In this document: positions 35,369 to 47,724 of the stretch, piece by piece
How positions within the stretch are numbered: the first letter of the stretch is position 1
How the letters are laid out: the number at the start of each line of letters is the position of its first letter
Assembly (NCBI RefSeq): GCF_021869535.1
Contig: NW_026262593.1
Coordinates: 28,954,001 to 29,018,000 of the forward strand
Direction of reading: 5' to 3'
DNA length: 64,000 nt
From: Mytilus californianus
Taxonomy: Eukaryota
The notes under the pieces: model-generated
Databases searched by the model: none
What the model was told of the DNA's origin: nothing
What the model saw: only the letters and a program-made list of their open reading frames with translations
Program-made: the position numbers and the translations under genes

Positions 35369-36372
35369 AAATAAATTGCTTTGCTGAGCGCAGCTGGATA
35401 CGACCGCAGATGTCCAACCCTGAAAAGTTGGGGCCAAAATAGACACAACATTCACGCTTATTACAGGTCTGAATTTGGATTGTAATTAAATTTTTGACAC
35501 ATAATAGGTTTCTGACACAGAATAACTGTAGTCAAAGAACTTCAAATTGGTTATATGATTTGAATTTATATTCAATTTTTTGCTTTCGTGCAATACACTA
35601 TGCGAATTGACCCCCCCCCAAAAAAAAAAAATTTTACCCTGTTTTTTTGCGTTTGTGCAATACACTATGCTGTTGAATATTAACCCCTCAAAAAAAAATA
35701 TTTGAAGAAATTTTCTTTTAATTTCTGAAATCTGAAATGAGAAAAATTGTCCTCCTCCAATTTTTTTCACCTCCCCCTTTCCCTTATTCAAAAAAATAAT
35801 TCTTTCCCTCAAGTTATGGTCAGTATCTCAGTCAATCATCATTTCTTAATACATAATTTACAAGCAGTGTAAGGGAGGTAATCAAACATTGTTATTTAAA
35901 TTGATTTGGATTTTGATTTGGATTACCTCCCTTACACTGCTTTTAAATTGTCTCAATTGTACTTCAACCAGAAAAACCCTTGTTTTCCCCTTTTTTTTGC
36001 CCCTAATTCCTAAATGGTTTGAGCCATTACTCCCCAAAGTCAATCCTAACCATCCCTTTGTAGTATGGAAACTTGTGGTATAATTTTAGAGAGATTCATA
36101 CACTTCAACACAAGTTATTGTCTGGAAACTACAAAAATGCTTATTTGGGCCCCTTTTTTGGCTCCTAATTCCTAAACAGTTTGGACCATAACCCCCAAAA
36201 TCAATCCCAACCTGCCTTTAGTGGTTATAAACCTTGTGTTAAAATTTTATTGATTTCTATTTACTTAAATTAAGTTATTATCCGGAAACCATCTGTCTTC
36301 GGACGACGCTGACGACGACAACGTGATACCAATATACAACAAAAAATTTTTTAATATTTTCGGTCATATAAA
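35369..36372 (+). mobile_element. Helentron/DINE-1-like non-autonomous element in TARDBP intron 2
   Basis: Subterminal IR ATACGACCGCA near the 5' end pairs with TTCGGTCATAT near the 3' end. It also has internal duplicated segments, a (GAC)n microsatellite and a 3' stem-loop. Confidence 0.6.
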
Positions 36373-36399
36373 AAAAGTTTCAACCCTGAATGTACAAAC

Positions 36400-36596
36400 C
36401 TGCACCATTAACAGTTCACCAAAATTTGAAAAATATTTTCTCAGGTCTTCTTCTGTACTTTTCCATGGTAAGCCAAGGACAATTAGGTCACTGCATCTCT
36501 TTTTGTCATACATTTTCTTCCTGTTAATGACAGCATTATCTGCATTGATTGGTTCTTGGTCTACAGCTGTGGCATGGGCTTTCTTTTTGTTTTCAG
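36400..36596 (-). CDS. TARDBP: TDP-43 coding exon 2 (NLS linker and start of RRM1), 197 nt
   Basis: Acceptor TTTCAG|CT and donor CAG|GTTTGT. Encodes (S)ENKKKAH...KKRCSDLIVLGLPWKSTEEDLRKYFSNFGELLMVQ. Phase is compatible with exon 1. Confidence 0.95.
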
Positions 36597-37589
36597 CTGA
36601 AAATACATGAAAAGGTACATGCAATTTTTCCTTGCAACACCCCCCTACGGATATTTGTAAAAAAAATTGTTGCAATGACTATTTGGGCAATCTCATGTCA
36701 TATGGCACAGGGAATAAACATCTCAATTTTGACAAAACAATACAGTCCACACTACCAAAGAGATACATTTCTATACATGTATGTGTCTTAAAGTCATGTA
36801 GAAGCAGTCCATGTATTTTAATCACTCCAATTCCCACTGATTGGTTTTGAGTTACATGTATTTATTTTAATCAAATCTTCTTAACTGGGCCAGACTATTT
36901 TTTACTGGTTATTTGGTCCAGTAATGCATATCCCTTACAAAATGTAACTCGGCCAAATCATTTTTTACTGGCCTTCATCAAATGTCCAGCGACTTTGGGA
37001 ATGACTGTTAAATAATAATGATTATTATGTCTCAATACATGTATCTACATTTTGTGTGATTCAATACTTATTATAACTTATCACTGCATACATGACATAT
37101 GCATGTTTGTATTACTCAAGTAATTTTAATTTGTGTAAATGTTTTCAAGTATAATTAAACAATCAGAATTCAATTTGATAATTTATTATATGATTATTAC
37201 AACTAAATTTATCTATTTCAAAAGTATTTCTTATTCAGTAAGTTATAAAGTTGCAGGATGAGGTTTCCACATATCTTTTTTAATAGCATGCCAATAAGCA
37301 TGATGTCTTGTACAAAATGAGTCAATGCTTTTTTAACCTAACAAACGTGACAAAGTATAAGCTGCAATGTTTTTTACAAAATTCCAAATATATACATGTA
37401 AATATTGTGTAATTTAACACACATTTTATGTACAATAAACATGTGTATTATATTCTTTGTATTCTATATCATGTACATTTGTATATGTAATTCTCTGTGA
37501 TTATTTGAAATGTAATGTAGATGTACACAGAGTATGCACCTTGTGTGGATTGAAAGCAAGTTTTGTCAGTGTTTTATATCAAAAAAAAA

Positions 37590-37790
37590 ATGTGGTATCA
37601 ATGCCAAAGAGACAACTGTCCACCAGAGACCAAATGACATAGAAGTTAACAACTATAGGTCACCATACAGCCTTCAACAATGACCAAAACCCATACCGCA
37701 TAGTCATGATAGTCAGATATAAAAGGCCGCAAAATGACAAATGTAAAACAGTTCAAACAAGATAAGTAACAGCCTGATTTATGTACAAAC
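37590..37790 (+). repeat. Interspersed repeat family A, in TARDBP intron 1
   Basis: Contains ATGTGGTATCAATGCCAAAGAGACAAC...ATAAAAGGCCGC. Confidence 0.85.
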
Positions 37791-38446
37791 CAATGAACAA
37801 AAAACAAACATGATATACAGCCTTTGATAAATCAAATTAAGTTCATATTTAAATATTAAGAAAAAATGTATAAACTGTACATTTCTGTGAAACTGCTATT
37901 TGTTAACACTGAAAATCTGCCTTAACAAAAACTTGAGAAAAGTTAATAATCATTTTCATAAGTGTAAACTTTTACTTCTAAAATTACTTTTTTTCAAGTG
38001 ACTTCATTATGTTATGGTGTCATGTTATGATTTTAAAGCAAAACTTAAATAAGCGACCCTGAAGTCATCTTTTGAAGTAGTCAGCTCAGGAAGTCTTCCT
38101 TTCAAAATTTTGAATTAATAAATTTGTAATAAACAAAAATGCTAAAGAGAAATAGATTGAAATATTTAAAAGCAAAACGTCAACAATACAGTTATCTCCC
38201 TTAGCTGTCAAACAGAAAGTTTTAAACGACCTTCAATATTTCACAAAAAGCAGCATATTAAGTGATACTGTAACAAAAACCACCTATGCAGTTATGTGCA
38301 ATGATAATTACTGCATCATACTGCATAAATAATTAATCAAAATTCTGTCAAAAAATCGAAAAATTAAATGATTTTGTCGAAGCGTCTGCTTGCTGTTCGG
38401 AGGCCAACTGGGTTCCAGTTCGTAAACAATATTTGAAAACACTTAC

Positions 38447-38684
38447 ATTTTGGAAACACGGCAACATAAATCCTGTTAGCCCATTCCGTATCTGGTGGAT
38501 ATAATCTCCCATCTGAAAGTCTTATGCCTCTCATAGCACCGGTATCGGGATTTCTGTATTTCAAACCACAGGCACCAGGAAACTGAGCTGACAGGGTAGA
38601 CAGCAAAAGAGTTCCGTCGTCTTCGCTCGGGACTTCCATAGGCTCTTCGCCCTCCTCTTCTGCGACTTGAATATACTGACTCAT
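38447..38684 (-). CDS. TARDBP: TDP-43 coding exon 1 (N-terminal domain), 238 nt, phase-1 end
   Basis: Translates [46 protein letters not shown]...YVAVFPK, the TDP-43 NTD. It ends at AAAT|GTAAGT. The 238-nt length equals the first coding exon of human TARDBP. Confidence 0.97.
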
Positions 38685-38786
38685 TTCCCTTTTAAATTAG
38701 ACACACTTTCAAAGCATTGAGAATCAAAAATGTCTCTAATTTTGGGGTAACCCACTGTGGTCCCGAACTGAAGGTGCGCGGCGTAC

Positions 38787-38834
38787 CAAGATGGCGTCTT
38801 CTGTTGACAATTTAAGCGATAACAGCGCCATCTT
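38787..38834. promoter_or_regulatory. Likely TARDBP core promoter/5' region with two opposed YY1-type motifs
   Basis: CAAGATGGCG (38787-38796, +) and CGCCATCTT (38826-38834, i.e. AAGATGGCG on -) lie in a local CpG-containing patch 100-150 nt upstream of the ATG. Confidence 0.55.
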
Positions 38835-39759
38835 TTAGTGACCTAAAAAATTTAATTTTCCTTTCGGAGTTGTCGTTCTTTTATCTTCAATCGGTCGCCG
38901 TTGGAATCTATATAGTTCTAAGATTCTTTTTGTGACTTTCTGATTCTTTTATAATGAATACTTGATTATTACTAATATTTACAATTTGTGTTCTACTTTT
39001 TTAGGTAATAAAAAAGATACTGTAATGCTTTGTTCTTGTAAATCAGTAAAAGGGGGAGGGCATGACAGATATCTTACTAAAAAAATCTCTTGGTTTTCAT
39101 TCTGCTTTGAATTCTTTTTGGCGGATTTCAATTTTCTTGCTAATTAGTCTTTTTATTGAGGTATTAGCTTTATGCTATTTATTTAGTACTTGTTTTTGCT
39201 ATTTCAAATGGCTAACTTGTATGCTACATTAGTCAGTGTCATAGCTTGTACGATTTTATTTGTGCTTTTGTATCTATGTTTTAGATCATTCTGACTTCCT
39301 TTTATACTTTTGTTTATATCGTGTTTATGTGTACATATGCTAAAGATTTTATAAAGTCCTGTTGTAATTACGAGCTAATTAATATAATAAAAATAAGGAG
39401 ACTCAATGTAGAATCATCTGACTTGCCAATGAGACAGCTATACCCACAAGAGTTAAAAGGAAGACAGCTCTCTCACAAACAAAAAAAACATTATTAGAAT
39501 ATATAAGGTCATGTAATTTTTTGTTATATATAATTCATGTGCCGACTCTAAATATAAAAGGCGGCTTAGCTTCGGTTGAAATATTGCAACATACATCAAG
39601 GGTCGTCGTTGCTTTGGAATCCTATGTTGATTTTATCTCTGTGCGTTTATAAGACTAGGATAGCAATCATATAAAAAAGAGGCGAACAATATTAAAGGGA
39701 AACGTATAAGTAGAAAACAAACTGACAATGCCATGAGAAAAAACGAAAAACGATAAAAA

Positions 39760-41380
39760 ACTAAACAACAGTACACAAAACATATAACATAGAAAACCGC
39801 TCAATTGATATAGCATATCTTTCTAATTTTAAAAACAATATATATCTTGCTTCGTTGTGAAAAGGGCACTCGAAAAAATAGTGAATACTATCATTAACAG
39901 GATGGTCACAGCTGCATGCGGGATTGGGTTTAATATTAACACGGTACAGATCTGCATTTAAAGAACTGCACATATTTCTCAAATGTGTATGAACTAGACA
40001 TCATTGAGATTGGAGCCATCTCTGTGGGCCCCGCTGACCTCGAACGTTGACCTAGGAAGTTGTACAAACATTATGACACACCCTCTGGTGTTGGTTAATA
40101 TACATGTCAAGTATAATTTATGAAATTATAACGGTTCTCTAGATATAGAGCGGACACAATTTGTTACGGACAGACGAACGGACAGCCTACGGTGACTGAT
40201 CACTATAGGGCGACCCGCCACTAGGCGGGGCCCTAATAATATTAGGCTTTCTATCACCACAACTAAAATAGGAGGGTGGCTGTATCAATTTATATTTCAT
40301 CTTTCGTTTGAATATATTTATATTTCGGGAAGTACGTATGTCGGGGTTTAAGCCATTCCATTCAATAGTAGTAGATGGAAAAAAAAATTTCTGGTTATAT
40401 CTAGTCTATAACGGGGTACTACATAATTATTACTGTTTCGCAAATCATAATTAGATATTTGACGAACAAGTGGGGGCATTAAATCGCAGAGATAATCAGG
40501 GGCAGTCCCATTATGTAAAGAATAGAACATATTGAGCTTTCTGGACTTTCTTCTGTCCACCAGCAATTGCCAGCTTTTTTCGAAATATATAGCTTCCCGA
40601 CTAGCAAACACGGGCAACCCAGTTACTAATCTTCCTGTTTCCAACAGAACATGTTCTAAATTGTCGGAATCTTGTTGAGTACAACCATCTCATAACTCAC
40701 ATGCATATTCCATAATTGGTCTATTAAATGTTAAGTATATACGAGCAAGATAATTTCTATTCAATACATATTTCAATTTTTTAAGAACATTTAATCTTGT
40801 GTTTGCACAATTTATTATGTTTTCTATATATGTATGGAATTTACCATCTATTTAGTATCAAAAGTAATTCCTTTAAGTGTTTATGACAGGAGACAAATTC
40901 TACTGCGTGATTTTGAAATTCTATTTCTATATCGTCTGGGGAAGTACTAAAGGAGAATATCATAGCCTTTGTCTTATTAGGATTAAAATTAATTAGCCCG
41001 GCAATCTTTAGACCATGTTGAGATTTGTTCTAAATCGCTGTTTAAGACAAAGTGTCAAAGTCAAAGTGTCCATCTTGACTGGAATAGTGAGAAAGTGTGC
41101 ATGTTCTTTGTGTTCGTTTAAGATTTTCGGTTGGTACTTCGGCTAGATTGTGTATTCATTTACAAAATAAAATCAGTCTGTTTTGTCTTTGCCTATCTTT
41201 AATGGGTTCTAGTTTGATTTGGTAATAGGATTGAATTCATTCTACCTGGTTCGTATCTGTATTTCAATGTTATGAATCTTGTTACTCTTTCCTGAACTTT
41301 TTTCTAGTTTGTCCTATAGTTTGTCCTTTAAATATATTTGATAAGGGCCTTCTACGCTACTCGCACATTCTAAGACAGGT
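39760..41380 (-). mobile_element. 5'-truncated, decayed CR1/L2-group LINE, interrupted at about 39992-40240
   Basis: ORF 40348-40644 gives GRLVTGLPVFASREAIYFE...RRKSRKLNMFYSLHNGTAPDYL. ORF 39761-39982 gives CSSLNADL...PACSC...DSIHYFFEC. Both are typical ORF2 C-terminal motifs. Confidence 0.8.
39992..40240 (+). mobile_element. Helentron/DINE-1-like element inserted into the LINE
   Basis: GGACAGAC-type microsatellite followed by the 3' hairpin CCCGCCACTAGGCGGG. Confidence 0.6.
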
Positions 41381-42639
41381 CGAATTAGTCCCTTATCGTC
41401 AGTAAATTTACCTCCATAGGGCATGCTGAAAGATTTCGCTTAAAGATACAAAGGAAATACCTTAAAATTTGATATATAATAAGTGTTTTTGCGGAATAAC
41501 CGGTATTGGAACGGTGCTATAGGAGATGCTCTATGTTGCACTGTATATGAAAAGTGTTCGTCCACATGTATGGGGAAAAAGAAATGATTGATTTGAAATT
41601 TTGTCTGGAACTTTATAAAGGTGAATTGTTTCGTGTAAACAATTTGCCTGTTGCGTGCAGAAACTTTCTGTTTAACATGTACCGTGTGAACGGTTATCAT
41701 ATCTGCCGGGCACTAACTTCCTGTTTAACAGTTTTGGGAATTTTTTCAAATCTACTAAGCATGGAACTTTTCGTCGCATATATCTCAGCTTCGGAATAAA
41801 GCAACGATTTGATATTATACACCCACTCATGTATACTCCTACTCTGTATAATGCATTCACCTTGTCCGTCCATCCGTACGTGCACAACTTGTGTTGCATT
41901 TTACACAGCTTCAGTATAAAGTAATGATTTGATGTTTGGTCTAAGACTTTATTATGATGAGTTGTACCCTGTAAGCGATTTTCAAATAATTCCTGTTGCA
42001 GGATACTTTGAATAAATGACGAGTTGCGTAGAACGTGTAATAGATATAATGCTAGACAGTCACTCCCTGCTAGATGATATCGCGTTGAAACTGCTTGGTT
42101 TTCTTCTAAAAACTTTGTCTCAACACCCCACGCAATTATTTTCATAGAAACATTAATAGCTGTTTATATTTCATGATACTATAGCAGACCATTTAATAAA
42201 AGTTGCTGGAAAAGAGTAACGTTAGCCAAAAATCATAGGTGAGGGCCATCCTGCGTAAAAACATGCCTTTTTTTGGTTATTTTTGTCGTTCAGTTGTTGT
42301 CTCATTGACGTACATGACCCCTCATGTTCTCGTATTTGCACAAGTACGTTTTTGGTATTGATGCTCTCAAAAAATGTTGTTGACTTTCTGGACCTTTTGA
42401 TCTGTACCGTACGTCAAACATATTGGAATTGCTATCGTTAGTTTATTAATTTCAACGAAATTCCATAATTGGGAATAGTGATACTTAGTATTAAATAAGC
42501 GTTCTCTGTACGTTAACGAACACGAGCGGATACTATCATTATAATTTAAAACGCTCGATATCGATATCAGAATGCACGACGGGCATATGCATATATATGA
42601 ATCAAATGCACTTACTTGGGTCATGAATCCCACTATATT

Positions 42640-43600
42640 ATACTACCCCACACTACGGAGTAGCGGGTGTATACAGTTCGTCCGTCCACCAGTCAGAGCG
42701 TCAGACATTTTCGTTTCTGGATGCTTACATAAATACCTAAAATCCGATTGCACATTTGTTTTCCTGTTTGCCGGTCAGTCAGGCAGTCAGTCAGTCCGTC
42801 CATCCATCATTCAGAGGGTCAGTCATTTTCGTACGTTTCCGGATGCTTACATAAATTCCTCAAATCCGATTGCAATATTACAAAGCGATATGGTCACATT
42901 TAATGTAAGAAAAATCTCTATCTATTATATGGTCATAAGGTCAAAAGTCTAGGTCATAGTTACCATAAATACTAGTAGACTGAAATTGTGCAGAAAAATT
43001 GTTTTCGGGTGCTAAATCATGAAAATTATACTGCATATGGTATTTCAACTTTACTTGGATATATGATCACATATGAATAGAGGAAGCTCCCTATTGATTT
43101 CGAGTTCAATACCTCAAAGATCAAGGTCATCGTTATTAACATAGACCGGAATTTGTGCAGAATGTCGGTTTCCGGATGCTAAATCATATACTTTATATGT
43201 GATTACAACCTTGCTTGGATATATGATCACATATGATTAGAGGAAGATCCTTATTGATCTGACTTTCAGGTCACTTTGTCCAAGGTCAAGGTCATAGTTA
43301 CGATGATATACTACAATTTATACGGAAACAGGGTTTCCAGATGCCAAATCAAGTACTACATATTAGGTCACACATTATGTAAGGGAGATTGACCCTATTC
43401 ATCTTGAACGTTTCACTTTGTTCAAGGTCAAGGTCAAAGTAACTAAACGATATACCGGAATTCTTGCAGAAAAGTGGTTTCAGGATGATTAATTAAATAC
43501 TACATAATCTATTGCAACCTTACATAGATATATGGTCACATAAAATAAGTGGAAATCCCATTGATTTTGAAATCACTTGGTCTGAAATACGTTTGTGTAA
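42640..43600 (-). mobile_element. Helentron/DINE-1-like element with about 150-bp core tandem repeats
   Basis: Terminal hairpin-like CCCACACTACGGAGTAGCGGG, a GTCC/GTCA microsatellite and recurring GGTCAAGGTCA / GGATATATGATCAC blocks. Confidence 0.6.
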
Positions 43601-44393
43601 GACACTATTACTGTCTTAAACCATAATAGATTGATTGATTGATTGTTGGTGGCTAAACCATAATAGAAAATAATCATACACCTTAGAGTAAATAGAAAAA
43701 AACACTATGTCATCAGGTCACTAAAATCGTTTCTTATTTAAATGAGGAAAAGGGGGAGGGGTTGAGGTACGTGAGCTTGCTAACTAAATATTCTTTGATG
43801 CCAAAATATTTGATTTCACCTTAAATTCTTTTATTTTCTGTATTTTTGCTATATAGCTATTACCGACACCATTTTACACATTTGATGTTTTTTTTTTTTT
43901 TTTTTTTGCAAATAACAAACTCAGTTAAAGTTGAAATTTGAGTTATTGCCGTTTACAAAATTAGACGTTCACGGGGAATCATCGAAAACTGACTACATAT
44001 ATATGTGCAGGCGGTGTCGTCTCGATATATCAATAGCATGAGTTCGAATCCCAGCGAGGGAAGAACAAAAATTTGCAGATTTAAAATTGTTGTGCTGATA
44101 TTTAGAGTAATTTTGAATATTATATGTGTTTTCAGCCGTGTATCACCTTCACTGGTGATCCAATGGATGGATCTGTCGAGAGTTGTCACTTGTTTAGACG
44201 TACTTATCAAAATAATTATTTCTGTGACTGCAACATATGATCCTTTACGATAGATAATTTAGCAAATTTAGCTAATCTGCAATCAATTCCATCTGCATGC
44301 TTAGTATATCATGTACTGTGTTACAACTCTAGATTCTACTGACGAGGAAAGGTAACACTAGGCCACCGAAAGCTTAATTTTAAGTTAAGTCTA

Positions 44394-44545
44394 GGTGGCC
44401 GAGTGGTCTAGAGCACTGGACACAGTGCAGGCGGTTTTGTCTCGATATCTCAACAGCATGAGTTCGAATCCCAGCGAGGGAAGAACAAAAATTTGCTTGC
44501 GCAAATTTGCAGATTTAACATTGTTGTGCTGATATTTAGAGTTAT
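44394..44545 (+). repeat. tRNA-derived SINE-like segment; a partial second copy lies at about 44003-44105 (period about 420 bp)
   Basis: A box TGGCCGAGTGG (44396-44406) and B box GTTCGAATCC (44462-44471). The cloverleaf is not intact. Confidence 0.7.
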
Positions 44546-44760
44546 TATATATATAATATGTGTTTTAAAAAGGACCAACCAGCAAATTTACTATGTACCG
44601 GATCGTCTAAAATAGATAAGGAAAAAATATATAAGTCTAAATATTTGCACAACGGTATGTATATATATATATTAAATGTCTGAATAATAGCCAACGATAA
44701 ATCTTACGGGGCGATGTATCATATAATCATGATACAGTACACTACAAAATATAATATATA

Positions 44761-44877
44761 ATAAGCAAGTCTAAAAGGGTACAACATCACAAAAATAATA
44801 AAATCATGAACAAAATTAAACATTAGTTCAGGATTTTTTTTTTGGTGATGTTGTGTACCCTTTTAGACTTGCTTATC
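44761..44877. repeat. Long imperfect inverted repeat next to the Penelope-derived unit
   Basis: ATAAGCAAGTCTAAAAGGGTAC...GTACCCTTTTAGACTTGCTTAT, with arms of about 50 nt. Confidence 0.85.
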
Positions 44878-44898
44878 ATATATATATATATATATATA

Positions 44899-45620
44899 TT
44901 GTCGAAATCGGGATATGCATGGTGTACTAATTTTTGCACCTTTTGTTTGCGGTATACCATCTTTTCCGCAAGTTTATTATTGTTTTCTGTTTGGTATTAA
45001 ATTAATAAATAAGATCCATTTTGTTACATCTGGTGATCCGTTTATTTGGCAATCGCCAATGGCAGTCAGCAGGGTTTAAGAACATCCGTTGTTCGACCTG
45101 CTAGTCAAATGCGTTTTGTTAAAATATACTTTTTCACTTTTTTGGTCTTTGGGAAAATGTTGTTTGTGCTGTATTTAGACCCCTCTACCAAGACATTTGT
45201 TTTGCATGCACACGTATAAAAATTGCGGTTTTTATCCAACGCAATCATAGGTTTGAACGTTGTTTTCAATTTAGACTTGTTTATATTTTTTTATCGTTTG
45301 GGATTGTATTATATTTGCCTTCGGGTTTATATGATCCGTTCATCCTATTTCGACTCTTCAAAATTCAAGAGTCTATCCTAAATTGAGGTAAATTATATGG
45401 CTTTCCAAATACCGTTTCGATTCTTAACATCACTGAAGAGACATTAATTGTCGAAATCAGGATATTGTGTACTAATTTTTGCACCTTTTGTTTGTGGTAT
45501 ACCATCTTTTCCTCAAGTTTATTATTGTTTTCTGTTTGGTATTAAATTAATATGTAAGATCCATTTTGTTACATCTGGTGATCCGTTTAATTGGCAATCG
45601 CCAATGGCAGTCAGCAGGGT
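44899..45620 (+). mobile_element. Penelope-derived pseudo-LTR/retrozyme-like tandem unit, period 549 bp, about 1.3 copies, abutting a (TA)n tract
   Basis: An about 175-bp segment starting TTGTCGAAATC recurs at 44899 and 45448. A hammerhead motif lies at the unit junction. Confidence 0.7.
45428..45469 (+). ncRNA. Degenerate minimal type I hammerhead ribozyme motif
   Basis: CATCA-CTGAAGA-GACA[TTAAT]TGTC-GAAA-T[CAGG]A-T-A-TTGTG. The core, a 4-bp stem II, a minimal stem III and the AUA cleavage triplet are present. Stem I has one mismatch. Confidence 0.7.
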
Positions 45621-46426
45621 GGCATCGTGAGATTTTGTATACATCTTTATTTTACTATAAGAATACATGTAGTTTTGTCCTGTAGATGGTTAATTTTTCG
45701 TTGTATTGCTGTCTCATTGACATATACCCGACATACCCTTAAGATTCATACATATGAATGATTCATACTCATACTTATATTAAATTACATGGTTTTGCCT
45801 GTAGAATTATACATGTATCTAGTATAATTAGTTTATATCTGATGTTGTCTCGTCATGTTACATGTATTGGATTTTTACCTATGTTTGAATCATAGGTGCT
45901 AATCATGAATTGACCAATACTTTAAGATAGATACAATAAATATGACGACATAATTTTGTCATGGAAACTATAGTTGTGATTCCTAATTTTTAGTAATTCA
46001 TGTTAACAATGAAGTGCGTGTTATAACTGATGTATCTATATTAACCAATGCCCGCTGTGTGTTGTATCTGGTGTTACTGTATCAACCAAATAACTGTTCA
46101 ATGAAATAACTGATATAACTATATTTACCACTGATTGTTGCATCACATGTGAGGTAAGCGTAGAATTTTGATATTTCTTGCATTTTGCTATAGTTGCTTA
46201 GCTTAACTCATATTTGTCATTCATAAAAATTTATTTTTAGTACATTTACTTAATTATCTCGAAGGTATACTATTTCCTTATTGTGGACATGTAAAACACC
46301 TTGCATGTATCATATAAAGGTAAATGCACATCATATAATGAAAATGGTCATAACAAGACAGTGTTGGAGTTCCATATTATGAATGTCAGGGTGTACTATT
46401 ATATGTTCATCAGATACAAAGACTGT

Positions 46427-46715
46427 ATGTATTAGCCCGTTTATGAGATACATAGGCAGTATTAAGCTTTCTCTGTGTTCTACATGCGAATGTATTAGCC
46501 TGTTTAATAAGATGCATAGGCAATATTAAACTTTCTTCGTGTTCTGCATGTGATTTTTTTAGCCTGTATAATGAGATACAAAGACAGTATTAAGCTTTTT
46601 CCATGTTGTACGTGTGAATGTATTAGCCTGTTTAATGAGATACATAGGCAATATTAAGCTTTCTCCGTGCTCTGCATGTGAATTTTTAGCATGTTTAATG
46701 AGATACATAAACAAT
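46427..46715. repeat. About 63-bp minisatellite, about 5 diverged copies
   Basis: Recurrence of ATGTATTAGCCTGTTTAATGAGATACATAGGCAATATTAAGCTTT. Confidence 0.85.
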
Positions 46716-47724
46716 GTTCTACATGTTTATAACTAAATACAAAATAACATGTATAGTAATTTATACATTTACTAATTCCAAAGAATTGGTTTGTTCACAA
46801 TGTTAATTGACTAACGTATTTTACAGCTGTACTTTCAGGGAACATTTAATAGATATACCCATTTCTAATGGATTCAAACGTACAAAACGAATAGCACAAC
46901 CTGAGACTGTTTGATATATAATTTGTTCCTATATTCACCTGGTTTCATAAAAAGTAAAATAACAAAAATACCGAACTCCAAGTGGCAAAAATAAAACCTC
47001 AAACATATCAAACGAATGGAAACCAACTGTCACATTCCTGACTTGGTACAGGCATGCATTACCAGCCATACGAATCCAAACTCAGGCAAAATTTCACAAT
47101 CGGTAATAGGACGCAATAGGTAAAATTATCCTCAGCTATTCGATTTGTGTATTGTCATCTAGATTTCGATTTCTTTTATTTAATACAGTCAGTTTTACAT
47201 ATTTATTATTTACCTGAAATTTGACCCAAACTCCACTGACAAGAAAAGGCACATACGTGAAGATTATTTTAAAACGAAACAAGTTTAAGGACAAGGAACA
47301 TATAAAAATTCATTAAAAAGGAAATTTATGTATCAACAGCATACAGTTTTTCAAGAAAAATCTATGTATTAGAAATTAGAGATTTGATGATTATAAGACT
47401 AATTTAAGAATTTTTTTCGCCGATTCTATGTGCTTTCTATACAAATGTTCACCTATTTTGAAAGAATTCAATCAGTAATGTTACAGATAATAAAAGAGAT
47501 AAATGCATTATTTTTTCGATTTTCAGTTATAGTTCTACGAGCCAAAGTTGTATGCAAAATTTTACCAAAATCTGTGACATATCACGAAAAACTAGCAAAT
47601 ATCATCCATTTATTAAAAAAAGGAAGACAAAATTACAAATAGGAAAATTCAACATCACGAGCCAGAGATGCATCATACAACGTTGGTCTCGCATGGTTGG
47701 CTGTATAAGTTAATAATTAATTTG

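Noticed and set aside
44394-44475. Functional tRNA-Ser/Leu gene
   Set aside because: A and B boxes are present, but the acceptor and anticodon stems do not pair, and the segment is duplicated within a repeat unit.
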